From contig CAVPNL010000006.1 of assembly GCA_963706575.1 (NCBI GenBank), positions 256,001 to 320,000 on the forward strand: DNA of 64,000 bases. Direction: 5' to 3'. A program made the translations under genes and the position numbers. Below the pieces are notes generated by a model. It worked only from the letters and a program-made list of their open reading frames with translations, searched no databases and was not told the DNA's origin. This DNA comes from an uncultured delta proteobacterium. GTDB lineage: Bacteria > Desulfobacterota > Desulfobacteria > Desulfobacterales > JAHEIW01. Of this stretch, positions 48,358 to 55,956 are shown one piece after another (the first letter of the stretch is position 1; the number at the start of each line of letters is the position of its first letter).

Positions 48358-49530
48358 TTATTTTGTGTTTTCACGGCAGACACGTTCTAAAAATCCTTTG
48401 ATCAAAGTTGTCAATCGTGGGTTGGGGATTAAAAAGGCGTCGTGGCCCCACTCGGCTTCGATTTCACAAAAGCTTACATCCAGTCCGTTTTTCTTCATGG
48501 CTTTGACCATGGCCTTGGATTGGTAGGTTGGGTAGAGCCAGTCGGAAGTAAAGGATACCACCAGAAATTTGGCTTTGGCCTTTGAAAAGGCTTTTACCGC
48601 TGAGCCTTCACCGTATTGATTTCCCATGTCATAATAATCGCTGGCCTTGGTGATGTAGAGAAAGGAGTTGGCATCGAAGCGATCCACAAATTTTTTGCCC
48701 TGATAACGCAAATAACTTTCCACCTGGAAATCTGCATCGAAGTTAAATGAAAAATCGCCCTTATCCTGTAAGCGCCGCCCGAACTTGAGACGCATGGATT
48801 CATCCGATAAATAGGTAATATGGCCGATCATGCGGGCCACCGCCAGCCCCAGATTCGGTTTGGGCCCGTAATAATAGTTGCCGCTGTTCCAGTTGGGGTC
48901 GGCCATGATCGCCTGTCTGGCCACCTCGTTAAAAGCAATGGCCAGGGCCGAGTGTTTGGTAGTGCTGGCCAGTGGAATGGCTGAAACCACCATGTCCGGG
49001 TACCTTACCGCCCACTCCAGCACCTGCATGCCGCCGATAGAGCCGCCGACCACGCACAAAATTTTTTCGATTCCCAGATGATCCATCAGTTTTTTTTGGG
49101 CCGCAACCATGTCGCCGATGGTAACCACCGGAAAATCAAGCGCATAGGGCTGGATATTTTTCGGGTTGGTGCTGCAGGGCCCGGTAGATCCCATACAGCT
49201 GCCGATAATATTGGAGCAGATTACAAAATATTTACCGGTATCAATTCCCTTGCCGGGTCCCACCATAATATCCCACCAGCCGGGCTTTTCGTCGTCTTCC
49301 TTATAATAGCCGGCGGCGTGAGAATCTCCGGAAAGGGCATGCAGAATCAAGATGACATTGCTTTTGTCTGCATTTAATTCACCGTAGGTTTCATAGGCAA
49401 GGGTTACCGGTCCGAGTCTGGCGCCGTTTTCCAGTACCATTTCATCGGGCGGCTCGGCAAAAGTGAAGAATTTCTTCTCCACAATACCCACGGAAATGCC
49501 TTCTTGATCGTGTTCGATATATTCGCTCAT
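48358..49530 (-). CDS. metX: Homoserine O-acetyltransferase
   Basis: HALSGDSH, PGWWD, GGSIGG, RFDANSFLY, GHDAFL. Confidence 0.92.
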   Translation of the reverse strand: MSEYIEHDQEGISVGIVEKKFFTFAEPPDEMVLENGARLGPVTLAYETYGELNADKSNVILILHALSGDSHAAGYYKEDDEKPGWWDIMVGPGKGIDTGKYFVICSNIIGSCMGSTGPCSTNPKNIQPYALDFPVVTIGDMVAAQKKLMDHLGIEKILCVVGGSIGGMQVLEWAVRYPDMVVSAIPLASTTKHSALAIAFNEVARQAIMADPNWNSGNYYYGPKPNLGLAVARMIGHITYLSDESMRLKFGRRLQDKGDFSFNFDADFQVESYLRYQGKKFVDRFDANSFLYITKASDYYDMGNQYGEGSAVKAFSKAKAKFLVVSFTSDWLYPTYQSKAMVKAMKKNGLDVSFCEIEAEWGHDAFLIPNPRLTTLIKGFLERVCRENTK

Positions 49531-49752
49531 AACCGAAAAACCGTTAAATCTGGATATAACCACGAAAACACGAAAAACTTATCTTTTTTCTTTCGTGTTT
49601 CAGTTTTTTCGTGCTTTCGTGGTGAATAATTTTTTAATATCAGATTCTACAATGCCAGAAACAAGGCCCCTTTTTTACCGCCCATCCAAATCACGGTGCA
49701 AAAAGGGCCATCTGATTTTGTTACTTGATTTTTTTTATAAGGGCAAGAGAAA

Positions 49753-51039
49753 TCAGGTTTGGGCAAATGCCTGTTCTAAATCCTGCTTGATATCATCAAT
49801 GTGCTCGAGACCGATTGACAGGCGCACAAGATTCGGCGTCAATCCACCGGCTCTTTGTTGTTCTTCGCTTAATTGCGAGTGGGTCGTACTTGCAGGGTGA
49901 ATAACAAGACTTTTGGCATCTCCGACATTTGCCAGATGAGAAAACAGTTTCAGGCTGTCCACAAATTTTTGGCCGGCTTCAAGACCGCCTTTAATCCCAA
50001 AAACCACCATGCCGCCGAAACCGTTTTTAAGGTATTTGCTGGCAACCGGGTAGGTTGGATCATCCTCTAAGCCGGGATAACGCACCCATTCCACGTTGGC
50101 GTGTTCCTTCAGGAATCGAGCCACCGCGGATGCGTTTTCACAATGGCGCTGCATGCGCAGAGGCAGGGTTTCCAATCCCTGTAAAAACATCCAGGCATTG
50201 TCCGGGGAAATACATGCTCCCAGGTTGCGCAGGGGCACCAGCCGCATTCGCAGGATAAAAGCGATGGGATTCATGTCGCCCAGATCATGGGCGTAACGGA
50301 TATCGTGGTAGCTGGGATCAGGCTCGTTGTAGAGCTTAAATTTTGGGTCCTGCCAGTCAAATTTTCCCGAATCGATCACAATGCCGCCAATACCGGTGCC
50401 GTGTCCTCCCATCCATTTGGTGAGGGAATTCACGACGATGTCGGCCCCATGCTCGATTGATTTCAGCAAATAGGGCGAGGTAAAGGTGGCATCGACAATC
50501 AACGGCAGATTGTGGCTGTGGGCAATCTCAGCGACTGCGCTGATGTCTGTAAACTCCAGCACCGGATTGCCGATGGTTTCAATAAATATGGCCCGGGTTT
50601 TATCGGTGATTACATTGGCAAAATTGTCCGGATCGCGGGCATCCGCAAAGTTTACCTGGATGCCGAATTGCGGAAGAATGCAATCAAACATCGTATAGGT
50701 GCCGCCATATAAGTTGGTGGCAGATACGATTTCATCCCCGGCCTCACAGATATTGATAATCGTATAATACACTGCCGATGTACCGGAAGCTAAGGCCAGT
50801 GCTGCTGCTCCGCCTTCCAGCGCCGCAACCCGCTGCTCGAGTACATCCTGGGTGGGATTCATGATTCGGGTGTAAATATTTCCCGGTTCCTTGAGTGCAA
50901 AAAGATTGGCGGCATGTTCGGTGCTGTTGAATACATAAGAAGAAGTGCGGTGCACCGGCACCCCTCTGGCGGTGGTGGCCGGATCGGGTTGCTGGCCGGC
51001 GTGCAGACACTGTGTTTCAAATTTATAATTGTCATTCAT
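49753..51039 (-). CDS. metY: O-acetylhomoserine sulfhydrylase
   Basis: YTRIMNPT, SLTKWMGGHG, HLANVGDAKSLVIHPASTTH. Confidence 0.92.
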   Translation of the reverse strand: MNDNYKFETQCLHAGQQPDPATTARGVPVHRTSSYVFNSTEHAANLFALKEPGNIYTRIMNPTQDVLEQRVAALEGGAAALALASGTSAVYYTIINICEAGDEIVSATNLYGGTYTMFDCILPQFGIQVNFADARDPDNFANVITDKTRAIFIETIGNPVLEFTDISAVAEIAHSHNLPLIVDATFTSPYLLKSIEHGADIVVNSLTKWMGGHGTGIGGIVIDSGKFDWQDPKFKLYNEPDPSYHDIRYAHDLGDMNPIAFILRMRLVPLRNLGACISPDNAWMFLQGLETLPLRMQRHCENASAVARFLKEHANVEWVRYPGLEDDPTYPVASKYLKNGFGGMVVFGIKGGLEAGQKFVDSLKLFSHLANVGDAKSLVIHPASTTHSQLSEEQQRAGGLTPNLVRLSIGLEHIDDIKQDLEQAFAQT

Positions 51040-51145
51040 TTTTCGGATCCTATTTTTTAAAGTTGGAATTTTCAGGCGTGCTGACGGTCAGCCAGCACGG
51101 CAGATGATTTTCGGTGAAAGGGTTTATGTTTTTGCTGCAGGAAGC

Positions 51146-51523
51146 TTATCCGATCAGGGGCCCAAATACTTCACAGGTCTTGCAGATCTTCATTTTTTCT
51201 TTCCAGTTTTTCTGAGCCGTACCGTCGCAAATGGTTCCATTGATAAACCAACAAAGCTCACCCGCCCCGAACTCCCAGGCCGGGCATTGGCTTTTTTGTT
51301 CCGGGCTGCATTTTTTAACCTGCCAGCAGGCTTTCAATTTGCCTTTTTGGGAATTTTGCTTAACGGTTAAAAAATACATCTGGCGTTCAACCGCTGCAGG
51401 AACACTGCGCCAACCCTGCTCATAGCTGTGCACGGCCTTAAGCGATACACCCAATAGCTGGGCCATTTGAGCCTGAGTTTTGCCTAATTTTGCTCTAAAC
51501 TCTTTAAACTCTGAACTTTCCAT
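51146..51523 (-). CDS. XRE-type HTH regulator with Cys-rich two-CW domain (paralog 2)
   Basis: KTQAQMAQLLGVSLKAVHSYEQGWRSVP; same 7-Cys pattern as 34887-35261. Confidence 0.85.
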   Translation of the reverse strand: MESSEFKEFRAKLGKTQAQMAQLLGVSLKAVHSYEQGWRSVPAAVERQMYFLTVKQNSQKGKLKACWQVKKCSPEQKSQCPAWEFGAGELCWFINGTICDGTAQKNWKEKMKICKTCEVFGPLIG

Positions 51524-51571
51524 AAGATTCTTCCCTTAGCTGAACGTTTATTTATTATAAGGTAAGAATAT

Positions 51572-51600
51572 AATTTGATACATTGTGGCAGTTGTGTCAA
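51572..51600 (-). promoter_or_regulatory. Sigma70-type promoter with operator in spacer (regulator 2-metY)
   Basis: TTGACA CAAC TGCCACAATGTATCA AATT. Confidence 0.65.
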
Positions 51601-51638
51601 CAAAAAATATATAGAAGTGGTTTCAAAACCCCATCTAA

Positions 51639-52724
51639 TCACAGCGCGGCGCTGATAATGCCGCCGCCCAACACCGTATCATCAGCATAGATTACCGCCG
51701 ACTGTCCGGGGGTTACCGACATCTGTGGTTTTTTAAATAATATCCTGGTTTGCTCCCGATCCGGCGGATAAACCGTTGCATCCGTCTCTTTGTGCCGGAG
51801 GCGGATTTTGACCTGTACGTCCAGCGGCCGCTCGATGCGATCGACGCCAATCAAATTTAAATCGGTGGCAACCAGACCTTTTGAACGATGCTCATGATGG
51901 CTGACAACAATACGATTTTTGGCCGCATCGATTCGACTGACATACAGGGGCTTATGGGAGGCGATGCCAAGGCCGCGGCGCTGGCCGATGGTATAATGGA
52001 TGATCCCCCGGTGTTCCCCGAGGACCTGACCTTTTTCATCCACAATTTCTCCGGCTTCAATTTCGTCTTCAGAAAAAAGAATGGAATAATCCCCGCCGTC
52101 AATAAAATCCTGGCTTTCTTCGCGATCTGCTGTTTCCAGCCCGAGCGCGCGCGCCATCTCCCGGACCTGCTGCTTGGTATGATCTCCCACCGGAAATAGT
52201 GAGCGTGCGAGCTGCTGCGGTCTGAGGCCGTAAAGAAAATAAGTCTGATCTTTAACGCGGTCCGCAGCGCGCTTCAACAAAAAGCGGTTACCCGACTTTA
52301 CAATCCGGGCGTAATGACCGGTGGCAAAATAATCAAAATCGCAACCGGCCTGTCTGGCCTTTTCCAGAAGAAAGCCGAACTTGAGTTTCTGGTTGCACAC
52401 CACGCATGGATTTGGGGTTTTGCCTTCCAGGTATTCGTTTCGGAAGTAATCGATAACATGATTTTTATATTCCTGCCGCAAGTCAATTGCCTGAAACGGA
52501 ATCTTGAGCTTTTCGCAAATGGCGGCCGCCGATTCAACATCTTCTTTCTCGCCGGGGCCGTAGCAGGCATGTTTGGCAGATTCATCAAACTGAATGGATC
52601 CATCATAAATTTCCATGGTAATACCGTAAACTTCATAATCCTGTTTGCGCAGCAATGCTGCGGCAACCGAAGAATCCACGCCACCGCTCAGTCCAACCGC
52701 TACTTTTATTTTTTTATTTTTCAT
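51639..52724 (-). CDS. mnmA: tRNA 2-thiouridylase MnmA
   Basis: SGGVDS, PNPCVVCN, ATGHYA, KDQTYFL, YTIGQRRGL, PGQSAV. Confidence 0.9.
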   Translation of the reverse strand: MKNKKIKVAVGLSGGVDSSVAAALLRKQDYEVYGITMEIYDGSIQFDESAKHACYGPGEKEDVESAAAICEKLKIPFQAIDLRQEYKNHVIDYFRNEYLEGKTPNPCVVCNQKLKFGFLLEKARQAGCDFDYFATGHYARIVKSGNRFLLKRAADRVKDQTYFLYGLRPQQLARSLFPVGDHTKQQVREMARALGLETADREESQDFIDGGDYSILFSEDEIEAGEIVDEKGQVLGEHRGIIHYTIGQRRGLGIASHKPLYVSRIDAAKNRIVVSHHEHRSKGLVATDLNLIGVDRIERPLDVQVKIRLRHKETDATVYPPDREQTRILFKKPQMSVTPGQSAVIYADDTVLGGGIISAAL

Positions 52725-52856
52725 TATAAAATTCTCCAAAGGAGAATCAACCTCATCGAACGACATCCGACTACCACGAAGAACACGAAGAAATATTTAG
52801 CTAAAACCTTTTAAGCGCTTCTTGAACTTCGTGTCCTTCGTGGTGAAATATTGTTT

Positions 52857-53705
52857 TTACGATTTCTTCAAGGCCGCATTCAGTGAACCGCTTTTAAAGC
52901 CGTCTAAATCCAGGGTGACATATAAAAAGCCGAATCCGTGAAGCTTTTGGCTGATGGCCTCTCGATGCCGAATGGCCAACTCGAAATCCTCAGGTGCGAC
53001 TTCGATCCGGGCCGTATCGCCGTGGTGCCGCACTCTGAGCACCTTAAAGCCGAGACCGCTCAGAAAATCTTCTGCAGCCTCAATCTGTTTGAGCTTCTCC
53101 ACGCTGACCTCCTGGCCGTAGGCAATTCGGCTGGCCATGCAGGGCATGGCGGGTTTGTCGGCAACTTCCAGGCCGAAAAAGTTGCAGACCGTTCGGATTG
53201 CGGTTTTATCCATTTTCAATTCCAAATAAGGAGCCTGAATGGCGGCTTCGTCAGCCGCCTGCATGCCCGGACGGTAATCACCAAGATCATCAAGATTAAC
53301 CCCGTAAAAAACCGGCCAGGATGAGTGGCTGAAGGGATTGCCCGGCTGCATGCGCAGTTCCTCGATCCTTTCAAACAGGGCTTTCTTGCAATGGTAACAG
53401 CGATCGCTCTGGTTTGCTGCATAAAACGGATTTTGCATTTCGCGAGTATCAATAATTTCTAAAGGAATGTCGTGCGCCTTTGCAAAAGCCACGGCATGGC
53501 GGTATTCCCTGCGCGAAAGCGAGGGGCTGTCTGCCAGAGCGGCCAGCATATTATCTCCTAAATTCAGATGGGCGACATATGCCAGCAGGGCACTGTCGAC
53601 CCCGCCACTGTATGCGATGATGGCCCCTTCATGGCCGGAAAAATACGCTTTTAAATTTGCGGCCCAGGCTTCAGGGGCTAGATTTTGTTTTGCGGTTTTC
53701 TGCAT
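52857..53705 (-). CDS. LarE-family ATP-dependent sulfur transferase
   Basis: YSGGVDS, RCYHCK, DDLGDYRPG, PCMASRI, RVRHH, GFKSGSLN. Confidence 0.88.
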   Translation of the reverse strand: MQKTAKQNLAPEAWAANLKAYFSGHEGAIIAYSGGVDSALLAYVAHLNLGDNMLAALADSPSLSRREYRHAVAFAKAHDIPLEIIDTREMQNPFYAANQSDRCYHCKKALFERIEELRMQPGNPFSHSSWPVFYGVNLDDLGDYRPGMQAADEAAIQAPYLELKMDKTAIRTVCNFFGLEVADKPAMPCMASRIAYGQEVSVEKLKQIEAAEDFLSGLGFKVLRVRHHGDTARIEVAPEDFELAIRHREAISQKLHGFGFLYVTLDLDGFKSGSLNAALKKS

Positions 53706-53854
53706 CTCAGAGTATTTTCAAGAAAAAAGTTTCACCACAAAGGCACGAAGAGTTCAAAGAAAAAAAAATTTATACTGCTTGAGCACTTTGTGAACTTTGT
53801 GCCTTTGTGGTTGAATATTGTTAAATGGCAAATGCTAAGCGATATAAAATCTGG

Positions 53855-53883
53855 ATTTTGTTACATTGTGGCAGTTTAGTCAA
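53855..53883 (-). promoter_or_regulatory. Sigma70-type promoter with operator in spacer (larE-mnmA)
   Basis: TTGACT AAAC TGCCACAATGTAACA AAAT. Confidence 0.65.
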
Positions 53884-54093
53884 TGAAAAAAACAACTTGG
53901 ATGGCAATGGGAATTCGGAAGGGTCAACCAAACAAAGGAAAATGGGTTAAGGCAAGAAAATCAAGTCATCTCCCCCCCCCTGTAAAAAGGGGCTGAAGCA
54001 ATAACGTTGTCGCCCTTATTGAAACCTTACAATGTTTTTGAAAAAGTGGTCGGCTGCAAAACCGCATCGCCCTGCGCAACCGCAAGCCGGTTT

Positions 54094-54642
54094 TTACCGG
54101 AGCGTTTCTACATCATCGATCGCGTATTTTATCTTTTTGACTGTTTTGAGCATACGGGTATAAGCCATGGCCAAACCAATGTTTCTTGCCAACACCGACA
54201 GCGAGTCCACATCTTTTTCCGAAATGTCCCAAACGTCATGATGATAGAGTCGCAGGGCTCCGATAACGTTATCATAAAATTTGATGGGAATGGACACGAT
54301 GGCCCCGATGCCTTCTTTTTTAGCATCCTCAGGGTATTGCAGGCGGTCAGTCTTATTTATATCTCGAATGATAATTGGCGTTCCCTCTAATGTCCCGCCA
54401 ATGCTTTTATCTTTTAGAATCGGACCCTTATGGACGTAACTCATGCTTAACCCAAAGCTTGCCAATACTTCCAGCTCTTCTGTTTCCGGATTTATCACAA
54501 AAATCGTACATCCTTTCATTTCAAGCGTTGCGACCAGCAACTGCGTAAGGTGATTGGCCATAATTTCCAGATTATCCGATTGGGCCATTGCTTTGAAGAC
54601 GACTTTAAAAAGATCAATATCTATTTTTTCTTCGGCTGGCAT
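54094..54642 (-). CDS. Stand-alone GAF-domain protein
   Basis: LASFGLS..YVHKGP, LQYPEDAKKEGI, VIGALRLY. Confidence 0.8.
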   Translation of the reverse strand: MPAEEKIDIDLFKVVFKAMAQSDNLEIMANHLTQLLVATLEMKGCTIFVINPETEELEVLASFGLSMSYVHKGPILKDKSIGGTLEGTPIIIRDINKTDRLQYPEDAKKEGIGAIVSIPIKFYDNVIGALRLYHHDVWDISEKDVDSLSVLARNIGLAMAYTRMLKTVKKIKYAIDDVETLR

Positions 54643-54657
54643 GAAATCCCTCCTTTT

Positions 54658-55122
54658 CTAAGATACAATACAAACAGTGACGCCCTTGAGGGTCATTACG
54701 ACCTTATGTGAAATACTGCCCGAGAAAAAGCGGGTGACCCGAGCATGTTTTCGATTGAGAACAATGATGTCGAACTTATCACTGGTCGCCAGTTCAATAA
54801 TTTCGGAAGCGATATCCTTTTTTCGGGGCCTAAAAATACAATCAACCCGGTTTTCCGGGAAACCACCTTCAATGAGTTTATCCTTGACTTCATCAAGCAG
54901 TGCCTCATATTCCTTAATTTTCTGGGAAAGATAACTTAAGCTTCCCTTGAGTTTGCTTGTTACCGAAGTTGCATCCGTATCAATCTCAGGAATCGGCGTG
55001 TATGCATTAAATACGGTAACTGAAATATTCTCCAACTTCCCGAAGGTGTTGGTCACGAAATTCAGCGCTTTTTGGTCAAGGTGGGTAAAATGATAGGGCA
55101 GCAATAGTTTTTGAGTGGCCAT
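54658..55122 (-). CDS. Universal stress protein
   Basis: DIASEII, FDIIVLNR, FSGSISHKV, VCIV. Confidence 0.8.
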   Translation of the reverse strand: MATQKLLLPYHFTHLDQKALNFVTNTFGKLENISVTVFNAYTPIPEIDTDATSVTSKLKGSLSYLSQKIKEYEALLDEVKDKLIEGGFPENRVDCIFRPRKKDIASEIIELATSDKFDIIVLNRKHARVTRFFSGSISHKVVMTLKGVTVCIVS

Positions 55123-55587
55123 TGGTTTCCCCCTTAAGGCTTATTCGGGTTTGACAGATATAGGCATATACCTCGCGGCCAGAATAGGAGGTATCAAAAG
55201 AACGGTTCAAGCGAGTAAATAGCGCCTGTGTACCGTATATAAGGACAATTGGAAAGGGTGGATAACAGGATTCGGGTCCGGCGCTGCTGCAGTACCAAGG
55301 TAATTTATCTGCGAGGGTGAGATACCCAGTACGCACAATTGATTATCCGTTTGCAGTGAAAAAAGTCTCATAAAGTGGTGGCATGTGTCAATAAAAAATT
55401 TTGTTTTAAATGGATTTGCATTTAGCCGATTTTTTCTAAAACCGCGATTTCTCAGTATTTAAAACCCTTGATTTTTGCCTGCAAAATTGAAATGGTGTTA
55501 AGCTCCATTTTTTGCGGCTGAAAAATCCAGTCTGAGAATACAAACAGCAAATTAATTATCTGCTAAGCCCCTTACAGGAGATCACCG

Positions 55588-55719
55588 ATGCATCTCAAGC
55601 AGGTTTGTATTTTTCCTCAAAAATTTCCCACTCACGACTGCTATCCGTTTAACCTGGACCTTTTCAGTCAACAGCGCACCATTGCTGTTGCGCAATCCGC
55701 TGCTGAAATTGGGAAATAA
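55588..55719 (+). pseudogene. Probable 5' remnant of an ABC/AAA-type ATPase gene
   Basis: RBS CAGGAG; MHLKQVCIFPQKFPTHDCYPFNLDLF then stop after 43 aa with no Walker A. Confidence 0.45.
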
Positions 55720-55822
55720 TGTGCGCTATTTTGTCAAAATTTTCTCAGATTCAAAGACAGGCAAGAATTAGAAAATTCCGTAAATATTTGAAATATTGTT
55801 ATTTATTAGTTTTTACAGATTT

Positions 55823-55838
55823 TGGCTTGGATTTTGCT
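55823..55838 (+). promoter_or_regulatory. Sigma54 -24/-12 promoter
   Basis: TGGCTTGGATTTTGCT (GG-N10-GC). Confidence 0.55.
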
Positions 55839-55956
55839 TTAATACTAGGGATGGTATTAACCTCTTCGATTCCGGTTGGCATTTAGCATTCACCATTACC
55901 ATTTTATGTTGGCCGATACCGGATGTATGTTAACCGGCAACGATATATCCTGGCCC

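Noticed and set aside
51040..51145. SAM riboswitch upstream of metY
   Set aside because: Only a simple hairpin; no S-box core motifs recognisable
20095..52724. Selenocysteine readthrough at TGA-ending genes (tusA, rhodanese, mnmA) and in split genes
   Set aside because: TGAs fall at expected C-termini, and the split genes are explained by frame changes rather than in-frame TGA
55140..55340. 6S RNA
   Set aside because: Contains CTTGAACC, but I could not find the long closing stem; an Infernal search is needed
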